The notes under the pieces were generated by a model. It was not told where the DNA came from. It did no database searches and worked only from the letters and a program-made list of their open reading frames with translations. Source: Escherichia coli O127:H6 str. E2348/69 (GTDB lineage Bacteria > Pseudomonadota > Gammaproteobacteria > Enterobacterales > Enterobacteriaceae). From it: DNA of 64,000 bases. Shown in pieces: positions 46,792 through 53,851 of this stretch (position 1 is the stretch's first letter; each line of letters opens with the position of its first letter). Position numbers and translations under genes: made by a program. The stretch is from the NCBI RefSeq assembly GCF_000026545.1, contig NC_011601.1; one strand, 5' to 3'.

Positions 46792-47114
46792 TAATCATCC
46801 TCCCCACCGTAGAGAGTTTGCGCTGCTGACTTCGGTTGCTCGCCTGATACTGGACTGAGCGCCATATCAGTGATCTGCAGACTGGCGTTATGCTGCATTC
46901 CACCTTCCGCTTCGCGGGTAGAAGTTGAGCGAATAGTTGCCTTTGCGGTGATCATTACTTCAGTGCCAGCAGATTGAGGTGCTGCCTTTAGCTTGGCTAA
47001 CGTCTCGTTGTTCAATTCAATGCAAAGGCCCCACGGATAATCATCACGAGTCTGGGTTTTACCCTCCTCATCCTGATAGGTGTCGGTGCCGGTTTTGAGG
47101 TTTACCAGATCCAT
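46791..47114 (-). CDS. Small head/neck protein (107 aa), possibly capsid decoration
   Basis: ATG 47114 behind AGGAG. Sits after a terminator-like hairpin that follows the capsid cluster. Confidence 0.45.
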   Translation of the reverse strand: MDLVNLKTGTDTYQDEEGKTQTRDDYPWGLCIELNNETLAKLKAAPQSAGTEVMITAKATIRSTSTREAEGGMQHNASLQITDMALSPVSGEQPKSAAQTLYGGEDD

Positions 47115-47127
47115 AACGGACTCCTGC

Positions 47128-47149
47128 AATAAAGGGGCCGAAGCCCCTT
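47128..47149 (-). terminator. Hairpin attenuator/terminator after the capsid gene cluster
   Basis: GGGGC-4nt-GCCCC stem extended by A:T pairs, with T-rich tracts on both strands. Confidence 0.6.
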
Positions 47150-47165
47150 GTTTGATTAGCGAGGC

Positions 47166-47546
47166 TTAGACGCCCAGTTCGGCACGCTTTTCGGCGATCT
47201 CTTTTGCCAGAGTTTCAGCCGTTTTATTGCCCGGCTTCTTGCCTAGTAAATCCTCATACTGCTGTCGAAGCAGAGTAAGGTCTTCACTTACCGCGCCAGT
47301 GCCATCAGATTTCACTTCCTCCACTACTTGATGAACCGCAGCTGGAGATGGAACATTGATAACTACAGAAGCCGATCTTCCTTTACGCTTTTCGGCGATC
47401 TCTTTTGCCAATTTCGCCGCATCGTTCAGTGGCTCCAGCGCCGTACCTGGTTCGCCGTCATACTCAACTTCAGAGCCTTCTGGCCAGAGGTTGTTATGAA
47501 TGTGAGATAAACGCAGGACGCGGTATCTTGCTTTTTCACCTGACAT
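47166..47546 (-). CDS. 126-aa head-associated protein with internal LAKEIAEKR duplication
   Basis: Carries a 26-bp perfect direct repeat (47184-47209 and 47385-47410), in frame. Confidence 0.5.
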   Translation of the reverse strand: MSGEKARYRVLRLSHIHNNLWPEGSEVEYDGEPGTALEPLNDAAKLAKEIAEKRKGRSASVVINVPSPAAVHQVVEEVKSDGTGAVSEDLTLLRQQYEDLLGKKPGNKTAETLAKEIAEKRAELGV

Positions 47547-47556
47547 CGCTATCCCC

Positions 47557-47997
47557 TTAGCCAGTCACTTTTGAACGAATCGGGTAGTACGGGCTGTTGT
47601 TATCAACATCCAGGTTAATTCCCGAGGTGAAAGCACCGGCCGTCAGCGGACCAGTACCGACCACATAGTTAACACGCAGATAACGCTGGACACCTGCCGG
47701 AACTTTCGCGGAAAACAGGCGCTTTCCAGCAGTCAACGCCGCTAGCGCCAACGTGCCGCTATCGTACAGCGTGGTCCAGGTGGAGTTATCCGGGCTGGTC
47801 TGCAACTGAACGTTCAGGGTTGCAGCACCTCCTGCGGTTGCAGTGGTATTCACGTTTGCCCAGAACTCCAGCGGGTAACCAACTCCGATATCACGACGGG
47901 TACCGTCAATTGGACCGAGATCGATTACATCAGTAGAAGCTGCGGAAGCCGTAACCGCCTGCGCTTCGGAGAACATCAACAGTTTGTCGAGGATCAT
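47557..47997 (-). CDS. 146-aa beta-rich head protein (possible cement/decoration protein)
   Basis: Immediately downstream of the major capsid gene. Thr/Ala/Gly-rich. Confidence 0.45.
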   Translation of the reverse strand: MILDKLLMFSEAQAVTASAASTDVIDLGPIDGTRRDIGVGYPLEFWANVNTTATAGGAATLNVQLQTSPDNSTWTTLYDSGTLALAALTAGKRLFSAKVPAGVQRYLRVNYVVGTGPLTAGAFTSGINLDVDNNSPYYPIRSKVTG

Positions 47998-48048
47998 TTT
48001 CTTTCTCCATTCATGGGCCGGTTAAGGCCCATCAGTTAATAACAGGCG

Positions 48049-49035
48049 TTAAACAACTCGCGCTTCTGTTTCCAGAATCGCATCGGTTTCACGGATAGGA
48101 ATGCCACGGAAAGTGGTCCACCATTCGCCTTCTGTCTCTTTGACGGACAGAGCCAGAGAAGCTTTATCCAGAGATTGCAGGTCGAGAGCCTGGGCAACGG
48201 TACGGTTCATGTAGAAAGCCGCACGGCCCATCTTCAGGTTAGGAACGCGGTGCAGCGCTTTAACCATCTGCGTGACGATGTTTGCAGCAGAGGCAGGAAC
48301 AGACAGATCGCTTACATCGATGTTGGCGATACGTACTACATAGCGCCAGTCACGAAGAGTCAGGCCGTTATCCCATTTATAATGAGTGCGATAGCCCTGA
48401 TATTGACCACCAGCAGCATCACGCAGAGTCTGCTCACCGAGATCTTGCATTTGCAGACCAGCTTTCTGTCCTTTAGGGAAGATGCCGTGAACGGTGTTTT
48501 CACCCCACACAACCAGCCAGATAGAAGTGTTATCGGTGCCAGTGCCGCCAGCGTCGATAATGTTCTGACCGTTACCTGCTGATTTGCTGGAATAACGAGA
48601 CGCCAGCCCCATAAACTGCTGTGGGTTAACGCTGGTATCACCATAGAACAGGGTCTGAGCCATCTTCTGGTTCATCGCCTCAAGGAATGCCCGGTCTTCA
48701 GACAGGCGGAATTCAGCGGTGTTACCGTTCAGGTCGGCCAGAGACTTATCGATTTCGGCATAGGTTTCCAGCATACCCATGGTATCAGTCACCTGAGCAG
48801 TGGTACTTTTGCTGTTAGGTACGCCATAGTTCAGAAGACGCCACGTCGCATCTGGAAGCCCGGTGCGTACAGTGGTTTTATGACCTGTTGGAGAGTTACT
48901 CTCCATGATCATCATGTCCAGAAGAATTGGGTTGGTCTGGGAAAGCAGCTCGATAATCTTATCGACTTTCCCGTTCGGGTCGATGCGCTTGCCCCAGTCT
49001 GCCAGCGTCAGCGCAGTTAAGCCTTTAACAGCCAT
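48049..49035 (-). CDS. Major capsid protein (HK97-fold type, 328 aa)
   Basis: Size, position after the scaffold, strong RBS and high-expression codon usage. Confidence 0.8.
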   Translation of the reverse strand: MAVKGLTALTLADWGKRIDPNGKVDKIIELLSQTNPILLDMMIMESNSPTGHKTTVRTGLPDATWRLLNYGVPNSKSTTAQVTDTMGMLETYAEIDKSLADLNGNTAEFRLSEDRAFLEAMNQKMAQTLFYGDTSVNPQQFMGLASRYSSKSAGNGQNIIDAGGTGTDNTSIWLVVWGENTVHGIFPKGQKAGLQMQDLGEQTLRDAAGGQYQGYRTHYKWDNGLTLRDWRYVVRIANIDVSDLSVPASAANIVTQMVKALHRVPNLKMGRAAFYMNRTVAQALDLQSLDKASLALSVKETEGEWWTTFRGIPIRETDAILETEARVV

Positions 49036-49049
49036 GGTTATTTCCTCTC

Positions 49050-49760
49050 TTATTTGCCATAGAGCACTTCGGCAGCACTACGCTGACCGCTTTCTTTCCC
49101 GGTTACCATGCCGTCTTCTGACATGGCCTTACCGACTTTTATGAAGGCTTTAACCAGCTCAGGGTGATTACCCAGGCCGGTGCCTTCCAGATATTCTTTC
49201 AGTTCAGGTGTACCGAACTGAGCAAGAGCACGCTGTGCCGCGCTCAGGTTACCGGTGAGATTGTCTCCGCCGATTTCCTTGTCCGCCTTAACGTCAGCAG
49301 CCCACTGTTCGGTGGTTTTCTGCCAGGCTTCCGCCTGCTGCTGCTGGACCATTGGCATAATCTTGGTGCCGTACAGATCGACCATCTTCTGCGCCTGCTC
49401 ATTAGTCAGGTTCAGTTCGCGGGCGATAGGCTCGAACTGATCCAGAGCGGCAGCATCAAGTTCCTGACCTTCAGCTGGTTTGAACTCGTATTTCTCCGGA
49501 GCGCCTTCCGGCTTCTTATCCTTGTCTTCACCAGGCTTTTCCTCTTTTGGCTTATCGCCATCGATAGGCTTGTCGTCCTGAGGCTTGTCGCTTTCAGTGC
49601 CAGGCTGTGACTTATCGCCTTCTGGTTTAGCCGGATCGCCAGCTGGTGCCGGATTATCGCTAGTTGATGCTGCGGGTTCAGATGCAGCAGGAGCTGCGCC
49701 ACCATCAGCAGGTTGCTCATTGCAAAGACGGCGATGCAGCAAACGATCAAATAAATTCAT
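49050..49760 (-). CDS. Scaffolding protein (236 aa)
   Basis: Acidic Pro/Lys/Glu/Asp-rich N-half and a helical C-half, directly upstream of the capsid gene. Confidence 0.7.
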   Translation of the reverse strand: MNLFDRLLHRRLCNEQPADGGAAPAASEPAASTSDNPAPAGDPAKPEGDKSQPGTESDKPQDDKPIDGDKPKEEKPGEDKDKKPEGAPEKYEFKPAEGQELDAAALDQFEPIARELNLTNEQAQKMVDLYGTKIMPMVQQQQAEAWQKTTEQWAADVKADKEIGGDNLTGNLSAAQRALAQFGTPELKEYLEGTGLGNHPELVKAFIKVGKAMSEDGMVTGKESGQRSAAEVLYGK

Positions 49761-49774
49761 ACGTTACCTTCTTG

Positions 49775-50320
49775 TTAATCAATGCTGATGACGCGTTGAA
49801 CCCTGACAGATACAGAGGTCAACGTGATGGTCTGGCCTGATTCATTTGAAAGGCCGACCTGAATTCCGCTGACGGTGAACGGATCAAGTTCATTCATGGT
49901 GAAACTGGCAAGTACATCGTCACGGTTACTGATGCTGGTTCCGTTCACCTTCACGCTTGACTCGGATCCGACGATGTCGCCATTTGGGCGCCTGGTCTGA
50001 ATCATCCATTCCCTTGCCGTTCCTGACGCACCACCAACGGTACCGTTAATACGGGTACTGAAAAGAACCTGGCTCGGCGCTTCCTGAGCAGGGAATATAA
50101 GATTTCCCGAATTGATGCTGAGATTCGCGTTACCGTCAGCAGCTTTAACGATCCCGGAAAGTGAAAAGAAGTTCTGAAAAGCGGCATCAGCCACAACCTG
50201 AGATCCAGTCCAGTTAAATATGTCCATCTGAAATGTCTGCGGCTCTTCATCCACTGCATAAAAGTCTGCAATGGTCGAGTTACCATCGTTTCTCAGCCTG
50301 ATCATGCGTTTACGGATCAT
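49775..50320 (-). CDS. 181-aa beta-rich protein of unknown function in head module
   Basis: Coupled (ATGA) to the upstream 99-aa gene. No recognisable motif. Confidence 0.5.
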   Translation of the reverse strand: MIRKRMIRLRNDGNSTIADFYAVDEEPQTFQMDIFNWTGSQVVADAAFQNFFSLSGIVKAADGNANLSINSGNLIFPAQEAPSQVLFSTRINGTVGGASGTAREWMIQTRRPNGDIVGSESSVKVNGTSISNRDDVLASFTMNELDPFTVSGIQVGLSNESGQTITLTSVSVRVQRVISID

Positions 50321-50616
50321 TTGTCTTTCTCCTGAGACTCAGCGGCCATTTTCAGATACTGTTCAGGACAGTGCGCCATGACGCGCTGAAACAATGCCAG
50401 TGCCAGGTTGCGCTGCCCTTCGTTGAATGCAGTTAAGTGCGAATCACCAGCGAAGCATGGTGAGAACACCTTTCCCCTCTCCAGCATCGACCAGATAACG
50501 CGGCGGCCTTGCTCGCTACCCATAACGAACTTGATGTCGTCGATATCACGCTGAGCCAGAAGTTGCTGTTTGGCGTCAAGCTCTGCTTTGCGTCCTTCGT
50601 CGTCGATATCCATCAT
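50317..50616 (-). CDS. 99-aa protein of unknown function downstream of portal
   Basis: ATGA overlap with the portal stop. Confidence 0.5.
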   Translation of the reverse strand: MMDIDDEGRKAELDAKQQLLAQRDIDDIKFVMGSEQGRRVIWSMLERGKVFSPCFAGDSHLTAFNEGQRNLALALFQRVMAHCPEQYLKMAAESQEKDK

Positions 50617-52283
50617 TGCTGCGGTGCTCCTGCTGCATTAGCGATAGCAGTTAATGCGCTCGGGTCGCTGGTCTGCGTTTCGCTGAGAGTCTTGGCCCCC
50701 TGCGCTGCCGCCTGACCCATAGCCATTGCCTGTGCCGCCTGAGCCTGTTTAGCTCGCTCTTCACGAATACCCTGTACCTGCTCCTGCGGAACGATGACGG
50801 TTGGCGATACGCCTGACATTTCAGAGAACGCGTCGATAGCCTGATCCACATCAAGCTTGTCGAGCGCTTCAGGTTTGAACTGCGCCAGTTGCCCGATAAA
50901 TCCAACTGTCTGCGACAGGCTGGTGAGGCCGATAGATTTCTGAGCCTGAGCCATCACAGAGATGTACTCGATACGCAGCGGCATACCCTGAAGAACGTCA
51001 GGAGGTTCGGGCAACATGTTCTTGCGGGCCATGATTGAGAACACGCGATCGATAAGCGGGTTAAGCGCTTCGTCATTCAGGCGCTCAAGCACCGGGCCAA
51101 GCATCAGCAGTTTCTCTTCCTTCATCTCGATCACCGCTTCCACCGGCATAGATCGGGTGTTGATTTTTTGCAGCATCATGAAGAGGTCAACGAAGTAGGC
51201 GCTGTTGATGGTCTGCCTAGTGTCCTGAATGTCAGCCAGCAGGTCGGCGGTATTCGGGTTTACCAGGTATGCAGGTTTGAAACCATCCTGACCGGTCAAC
51301 ACGTCGAGATATGTCACATCGCCAGGCAACAGGGAAACACGCTGATTCTTGAGCGATGTTGGGGCAACCATCGGCGGGTTAGTGGCTTTATCGATCAGCT
51401 GAGCTTTGCGCTTCTGCTCAACCTGAAGTGCTTTAACCTGACCGAGTGCCAGCATACCAGGGCAAGATGAGGCGTAAACGTCTTCGCCATTCACTTCCCA
51501 GCGCGGCGCCAGAATAGGGAATTCATCAAATCCGGATTCACGCAGCAGCTTGTCGGAGTCGCCGCCAGACTCGAAATAGACAGAGCGGTAAGGCTTGTTC
51601 TTGCTGTCCATCTTCCCGCTGTCGCGGTTGACGTTAGGTGTGATGCAGTGGTTAACCTTCACCCACGTTTCATACGTGCCGTTTTCCCACATGCCTTTTA
51701 CGGATGTGCTGACGTTATCCAGACCGAATTCCTGCACCATCTGGCGCACGGTCATGGAGAACTGGCGAATGCAGGTGTCTACGCTACCGCGCGGACTGTT
51801 AGCCAGGTAGTAACTGCCAATAGGGAAAGGCATTGTGCGGATCACGTCCTGGTCATCTTCCAGAACAGCCATAGCGCCGGTGCCGAAAGTACCCAGACTT
51901 GCGTACATAACAGGCAGTGACTGATACAAATTCGATTTGTTGAACACTTCGTTCATGCGGCGCTGCACGACTTCCAGCCAGATTTTCACCGGGCCATAGT
52001 CCATCATGTCAGGGTCAGGCGTTGCCAGTTTGAACCACGGTCGTGCCGGACTGGTGATGCCTGACATCATGCCGCTGGACAGAATTCGCTGAGCCATTGA
52101 GCCAGTGGGATCAACAATCTTGGTGTTACGGCGATCATCACGGTTTACATCAGATGTCAGAAAGCGGGAGCCACGCGGATTGATGAAGTCACTAAGATCA
52201 CGCCAATGCGATTCGAACGATGTGCGCTCATTCTTCAGCTGTGCGAGCTGCTTCAGCAGGCGCTCTTTTTCGGTTTCCGCCAT
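50613..52283 (-). CDS. Portal protein (556 aa)
   Basis: Size, acidic/Gln-Ala-rich C-terminal tail, and position between the terminase and scaffold genes. Confidence 0.8.
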   Translation of the reverse strand: MAETEKERLLKQLAQLKNERTSFESHWRDLSDFINPRGSRFLTSDVNRDDRRNTKIVDPTGSMAQRILSSGMMSGITSPARPWFKLATPDPDMMDYGPVKIWLEVVQRRMNEVFNKSNLYQSLPVMYASLGTFGTGAMAVLEDDQDVIRTMPFPIGSYYLANSPRGSVDTCIRQFSMTVRQMVQEFGLDNVSTSVKGMWENGTYETWVKVNHCITPNVNRDSGKMDSKNKPYRSVYFESGGDSDKLLRESGFDEFPILAPRWEVNGEDVYASSCPGMLALGQVKALQVEQKRKAQLIDKATNPPMVAPTSLKNQRVSLLPGDVTYLDVLTGQDGFKPAYLVNPNTADLLADIQDTRQTINSAYFVDLFMMLQKINTRSMPVEAVIEMKEEKLLMLGPVLERLNDEALNPLIDRVFSIMARKNMLPEPPDVLQGMPLRIEYISVMAQAQKSIGLTSLSQTVGFIGQLAQFKPEALDKLDVDQAIDAFSEMSGVSPTVIVPQEQVQGIREERAKQAQAAQAMAMGQAAAQGAKTLSETQTSDPSALTAIANAAGAPQQ

Positions 52284-52297
52284 CTCTGCCTACTCCG

Positions 52298-52504
52298 TTA
52301 CTGACCAAGCAGCGTTTTACCGCTGGTGTTTGCGGTTGAAGTGTCACCCTGCGCACCAGTCAGCAGAGTAGAGCTGCGCCCTGCTGCTGCGCGGCGGCGG
52401 CGCTCTTCGTCGTCACGAGAACTGACAACTGCTGCATCCTGCTCCTGTGGCGCAGCCTGTACTTCTGGCGCTGCTGGCACTGATGGCTTGCTGCCGATAC
52501 ACAT
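52298..52504 (-). CDS. 68-aa Pro/Ala/Arg-rich protein preceding portal
   Basis: ATG behind GGAG (8-nt spacing). MCIGSKPSVPAAPEVQAAP... Confidence 0.5.
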   Translation of the reverse strand: MCIGSKPSVPAAPEVQAAPQEQDAAVVSSRDDEERRRRAAAGRSSTLLTGAQGDTSTANTSGKTLLGQ

Positions 52505-52593
52505 AGCAATAGCTCCGTACGCAATTAAATTATTACCAATTTAACCACATATGATTTATTTAGCGTAGGATATTGACACTTATAACATCAGAT

Positions 52594-52610
52594 ATTACCT
52601 TTTAGGTAAT
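52594..52610. promoter_or_regulatory. Repressor operator, perfect ATTACC-TTTTA-GGTAAT, at 5' edge of the RNA island
   Basis: Exact 17-bp operator palindrome. TTGACA at 52573-52578 lies upstream but no good -10 is visible. Confidence 0.7.
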
Positions 52611-52855
52611 TGGTTCGTGTGTTGAATTGATGAATTGCGGAGGTGGTTATGTAACCGCTTGTGCAGTAGCCCGGAGTACCGCAGCAATAAATTGGGCTTA
52701 AAAGTAAAGGCGGTGGATAAGCGGAGCATCATCTCCGCACATAACTAAAAGCGCGCTTCAGTGAATGACCTTTGAGCCTGGTCGTTAAATCCAAACGGTG
52801 GAGTGCGCTTTCAGGTGTGTAGCAGTACGGCATATGGCACATGTGCCGCAGCGGT

Positions 52856-52891
52856 CCGGATGGGTTCCCTTGATGCTACTTCCCCAGCCGG
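52856..52891 (+). repeat. Hairpin 1 presenting loop motif TTCCCTTGATGCT (52865-52877)
   Basis: CCGGATGGG / CCCAGCCGG stem (one mismatch) with an 18-nt loop. Confidence 0.55.
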
Positions 52892-53055
52892 GTAGCCGGA
52901 ATGTGCAAGCCAGTGTTAGGTAAGCACGGACAGACGATTCACCATCGTGGCGATACGGTGTGACACCTCGGAAGAGACGAGGATGCAACGATGATAGCAT
53001 TGGGGTGACCGGTTAATCCCATGACGATAACCGATACAGGCGCAGTGCTCTCTTC

Positions 53056-53169
53056 GTTGTGGTTAGCTCAGATAGGTTAGAGCTCCATCCATGCTTGCCA
53101 TTGCTGCATGGGCGGGGAATGGGTTCCGAAAGGATCGCCGCGCAGGTTCGAATCCTGCACCACAACCCA
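53056..53169 (+). ncRNA. tRNA-like module (114 nt) with encoded CCA; canonical acceptor, D and T arms but no canonical anticodon loop
   Basis: G-1 + TTGTGGT pairs with ACCACAA + C73, then CCA. D arm is GCTC-AGATAGGTTA-GAGC. T arm is GCAGG-TTCGAAT-CCTGC. 57 nt lie between D and T stems, where a class I tRNA has about 23. Confidence 0.6.
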
Positions 53170-53224
53170 ATCACGCCTTAGGACCGTGATGAAGCGCCCA
53201 TAAGAACAATGCTGTGTAGCCTTT

Positions 53225-53259
53225 GGCGGTGGCAGTTTCCCTTGATGCTGACCACCGTC
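53225..53259 (+). repeat. Hairpin 2 presenting loop motif TTCCCTTGATGCT (53237-53249)
   Basis: GGCGGTGG / CCACCGTC stem with a 19-nt loop. Confidence 0.55.
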
Positions 53260-53338
53260 ACTTTTACACCAGAACGCCATTGCGATGACGTTGCGCTGTA
53301 AACCCGTAAGCCATGGAAGGCACCCTTGCTTCCATTTC

Positions 53339-53363
53339 GCCCGGTTCGTCCGGGCATTTTTTT
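53339..53363 (+). terminator. Intrinsic terminator between structured RNA and the 143-aa ORF
   Basis: GCCCGG-TTCGT-CCGGGC followed by A and T7. The RBS of the next ORF starts 1 nt later. Confidence 0.85.
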
Positions 53364-53375
53364 AAGGTGATTAGA

Positions 53376-53807
53376 ATGAGTAAAGACCTGTTCGACATGA
53401 AGCGCCTTCCGGTTGACCGGGTTGCTGCGAGAGTTGTTGGTAAGGGCGTTGATTGGACGCCAAATAAAGTTATTCAAACTGGTGACAGCGATCTTCCGTT
53501 GCCAGTATTTCCTGCATATAACATTAAAAACCCGCAACAACGACGCGAAGTGCAAGCAATGATCGGAAGAAAGAGCGGGAGATTGACAATAATTGGTCTC
53601 GCGGTCACACAGGGAGCAAAAAATAAAGGGGCTCGCTATGTTGCTCGTTGTGTTTGCGGGATTTATACGTATCGCAGAGCAAAAAATTTCAAGAATAATT
53701 CTGATGATTTTGACGGATGCGAGCGCTGCAGAGAACTGTTGTTTCTCAAAAGGGAAGAAGTTAAACGCAGAACGGGAAAATGGGTTGACTGGAAAGAGCT
53801 GATGTAA
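53376..53807 (+). CDS. 143-aa basic zinc-ribbon protein of unknown function
   Basis: ATG 53376 behind AAGGTGA; the track start 53313 lies inside a hairpin. C-terminal GRLTIIG..ARYVARCVCG(23)CERC pattern resembles a widespread uncharacterised phage zinc-ribbon family (recollection). Confidence 0.6.
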   Translation: MSKDLFDMKRLPVDRVAARVVGKGVDWTPNKVIQTGDSDLPLPVFPAYNIKNPQQRREVQAMIGRKSGRLTIIGLAVTQGAKNKGARYVARCVCGIYTYRRAKNFKNNSDDFDGCERCRELLFLKREEVKRRTGKWVDWKELM

Positions 53808-53810
53808 GAC

Positions 53811-53824
53811 TGTGACACGTCACA
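53811..53824. promoter_or_regulatory. Palindrome TGTGACACGTCACA (copy 2 of 3 of GTGACAYGTCAC)
   Basis: Perfect 14-bp palindrome between the 143-aa ORF stop and its terminator. Confidence 0.5.
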
Positions 53825-53827
53825 ACT

Positions 53828-53851
53828 AGCCCGCCGATGCGCGGGCTTTTT
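53828..53851 (+). terminator. Intrinsic terminator of the island (abuts terL stop)
   Basis: AGCCCGC-6nt-GCGGGCT followed by TTTTT on the + strand. No T-tract on the minus strand. Confidence 0.8.

Larger units (their letters stand above)
52611..53363 (+). ncRNA. Candidate ~750-nt structured non-coding RNA (5' end uncertain) ending at an intrinsic terminator
   Basis: No credible ORF in any frame. Dense stem-loops: GCGGAG-6-CTCCGC 52721-38, CCTCG-7-CGAGG 52966-82, ATCACG-9-CGTGAT 53170-90, ATGGAAG-9-CTTCCAT 53313-35. Embedded tRNA-like module and twin loop motif. Terminator at the 3' end. Confidence 0.45.

Noticed and set aside
52573-52601. TTGACA at 52573 as the -35 of a sigma70 promoter for the structured RNA
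   Set aside because: With 15-18-nt spacers the -10 candidates (ATTACC, TTACCT, TACCTT, ACCTTT) are poor. GATATT is only 12 nt away. The promoter location is therefore left open. The PL-like promoter at 61515 shares the TATTGACAC context but has a proper spacer.
53056-53169. Calling the tRNA-like module a bona fide tRNA-His or tRNA-Sec gene, or an intron-containing tRNA
   Set aside because: G-1:C73 and an 8-bp acceptor are suggestive, but no 7-nt anticodon loop with U33 and no GUG or UCA anticodon in the proper position can be drawn. The extra approximately 34 nt is far too short for a bacterial group I intron. It is therefore reported only as tRNA-like.
53313-53375. Track start codon (ATG 53313) for the island ORF, giving 164 aa
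   Set aside because: That ATG lies inside the ATGGAAG/CTTCCAT hairpin, and the frame would run through the intrinsic terminator at 53339-53363. The ATG at 53376 has a strong AAGGTGA RBS, so I call 53376..53807.
52785-53555. Minus-strand ORFs 52785..53000, 53077..53280 and 53178..53555 inside the putative ncRNA region
   Set aside because: They have no RBS, mutually overlapping frames, odd composition (Cys/Arg/His-rich), and they run antisense through the tRNA-like module and terminator. I treat the region as non-coding. I cannot exclude a decayed gene without tBLASTx.
52560-53851. Retron or canonical type III toxin-antitoxin interpretation of the island
   Set aside because: No reverse transcriptase ORF exists in or near the island. 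The RNA lacks the tandem 30-40-nt repeats of toxI-type antitoxins. The protein has no ToxN/AbiQ-like features that I recognise. Only the promoter-RNA-terminator-protein layout is analogous.
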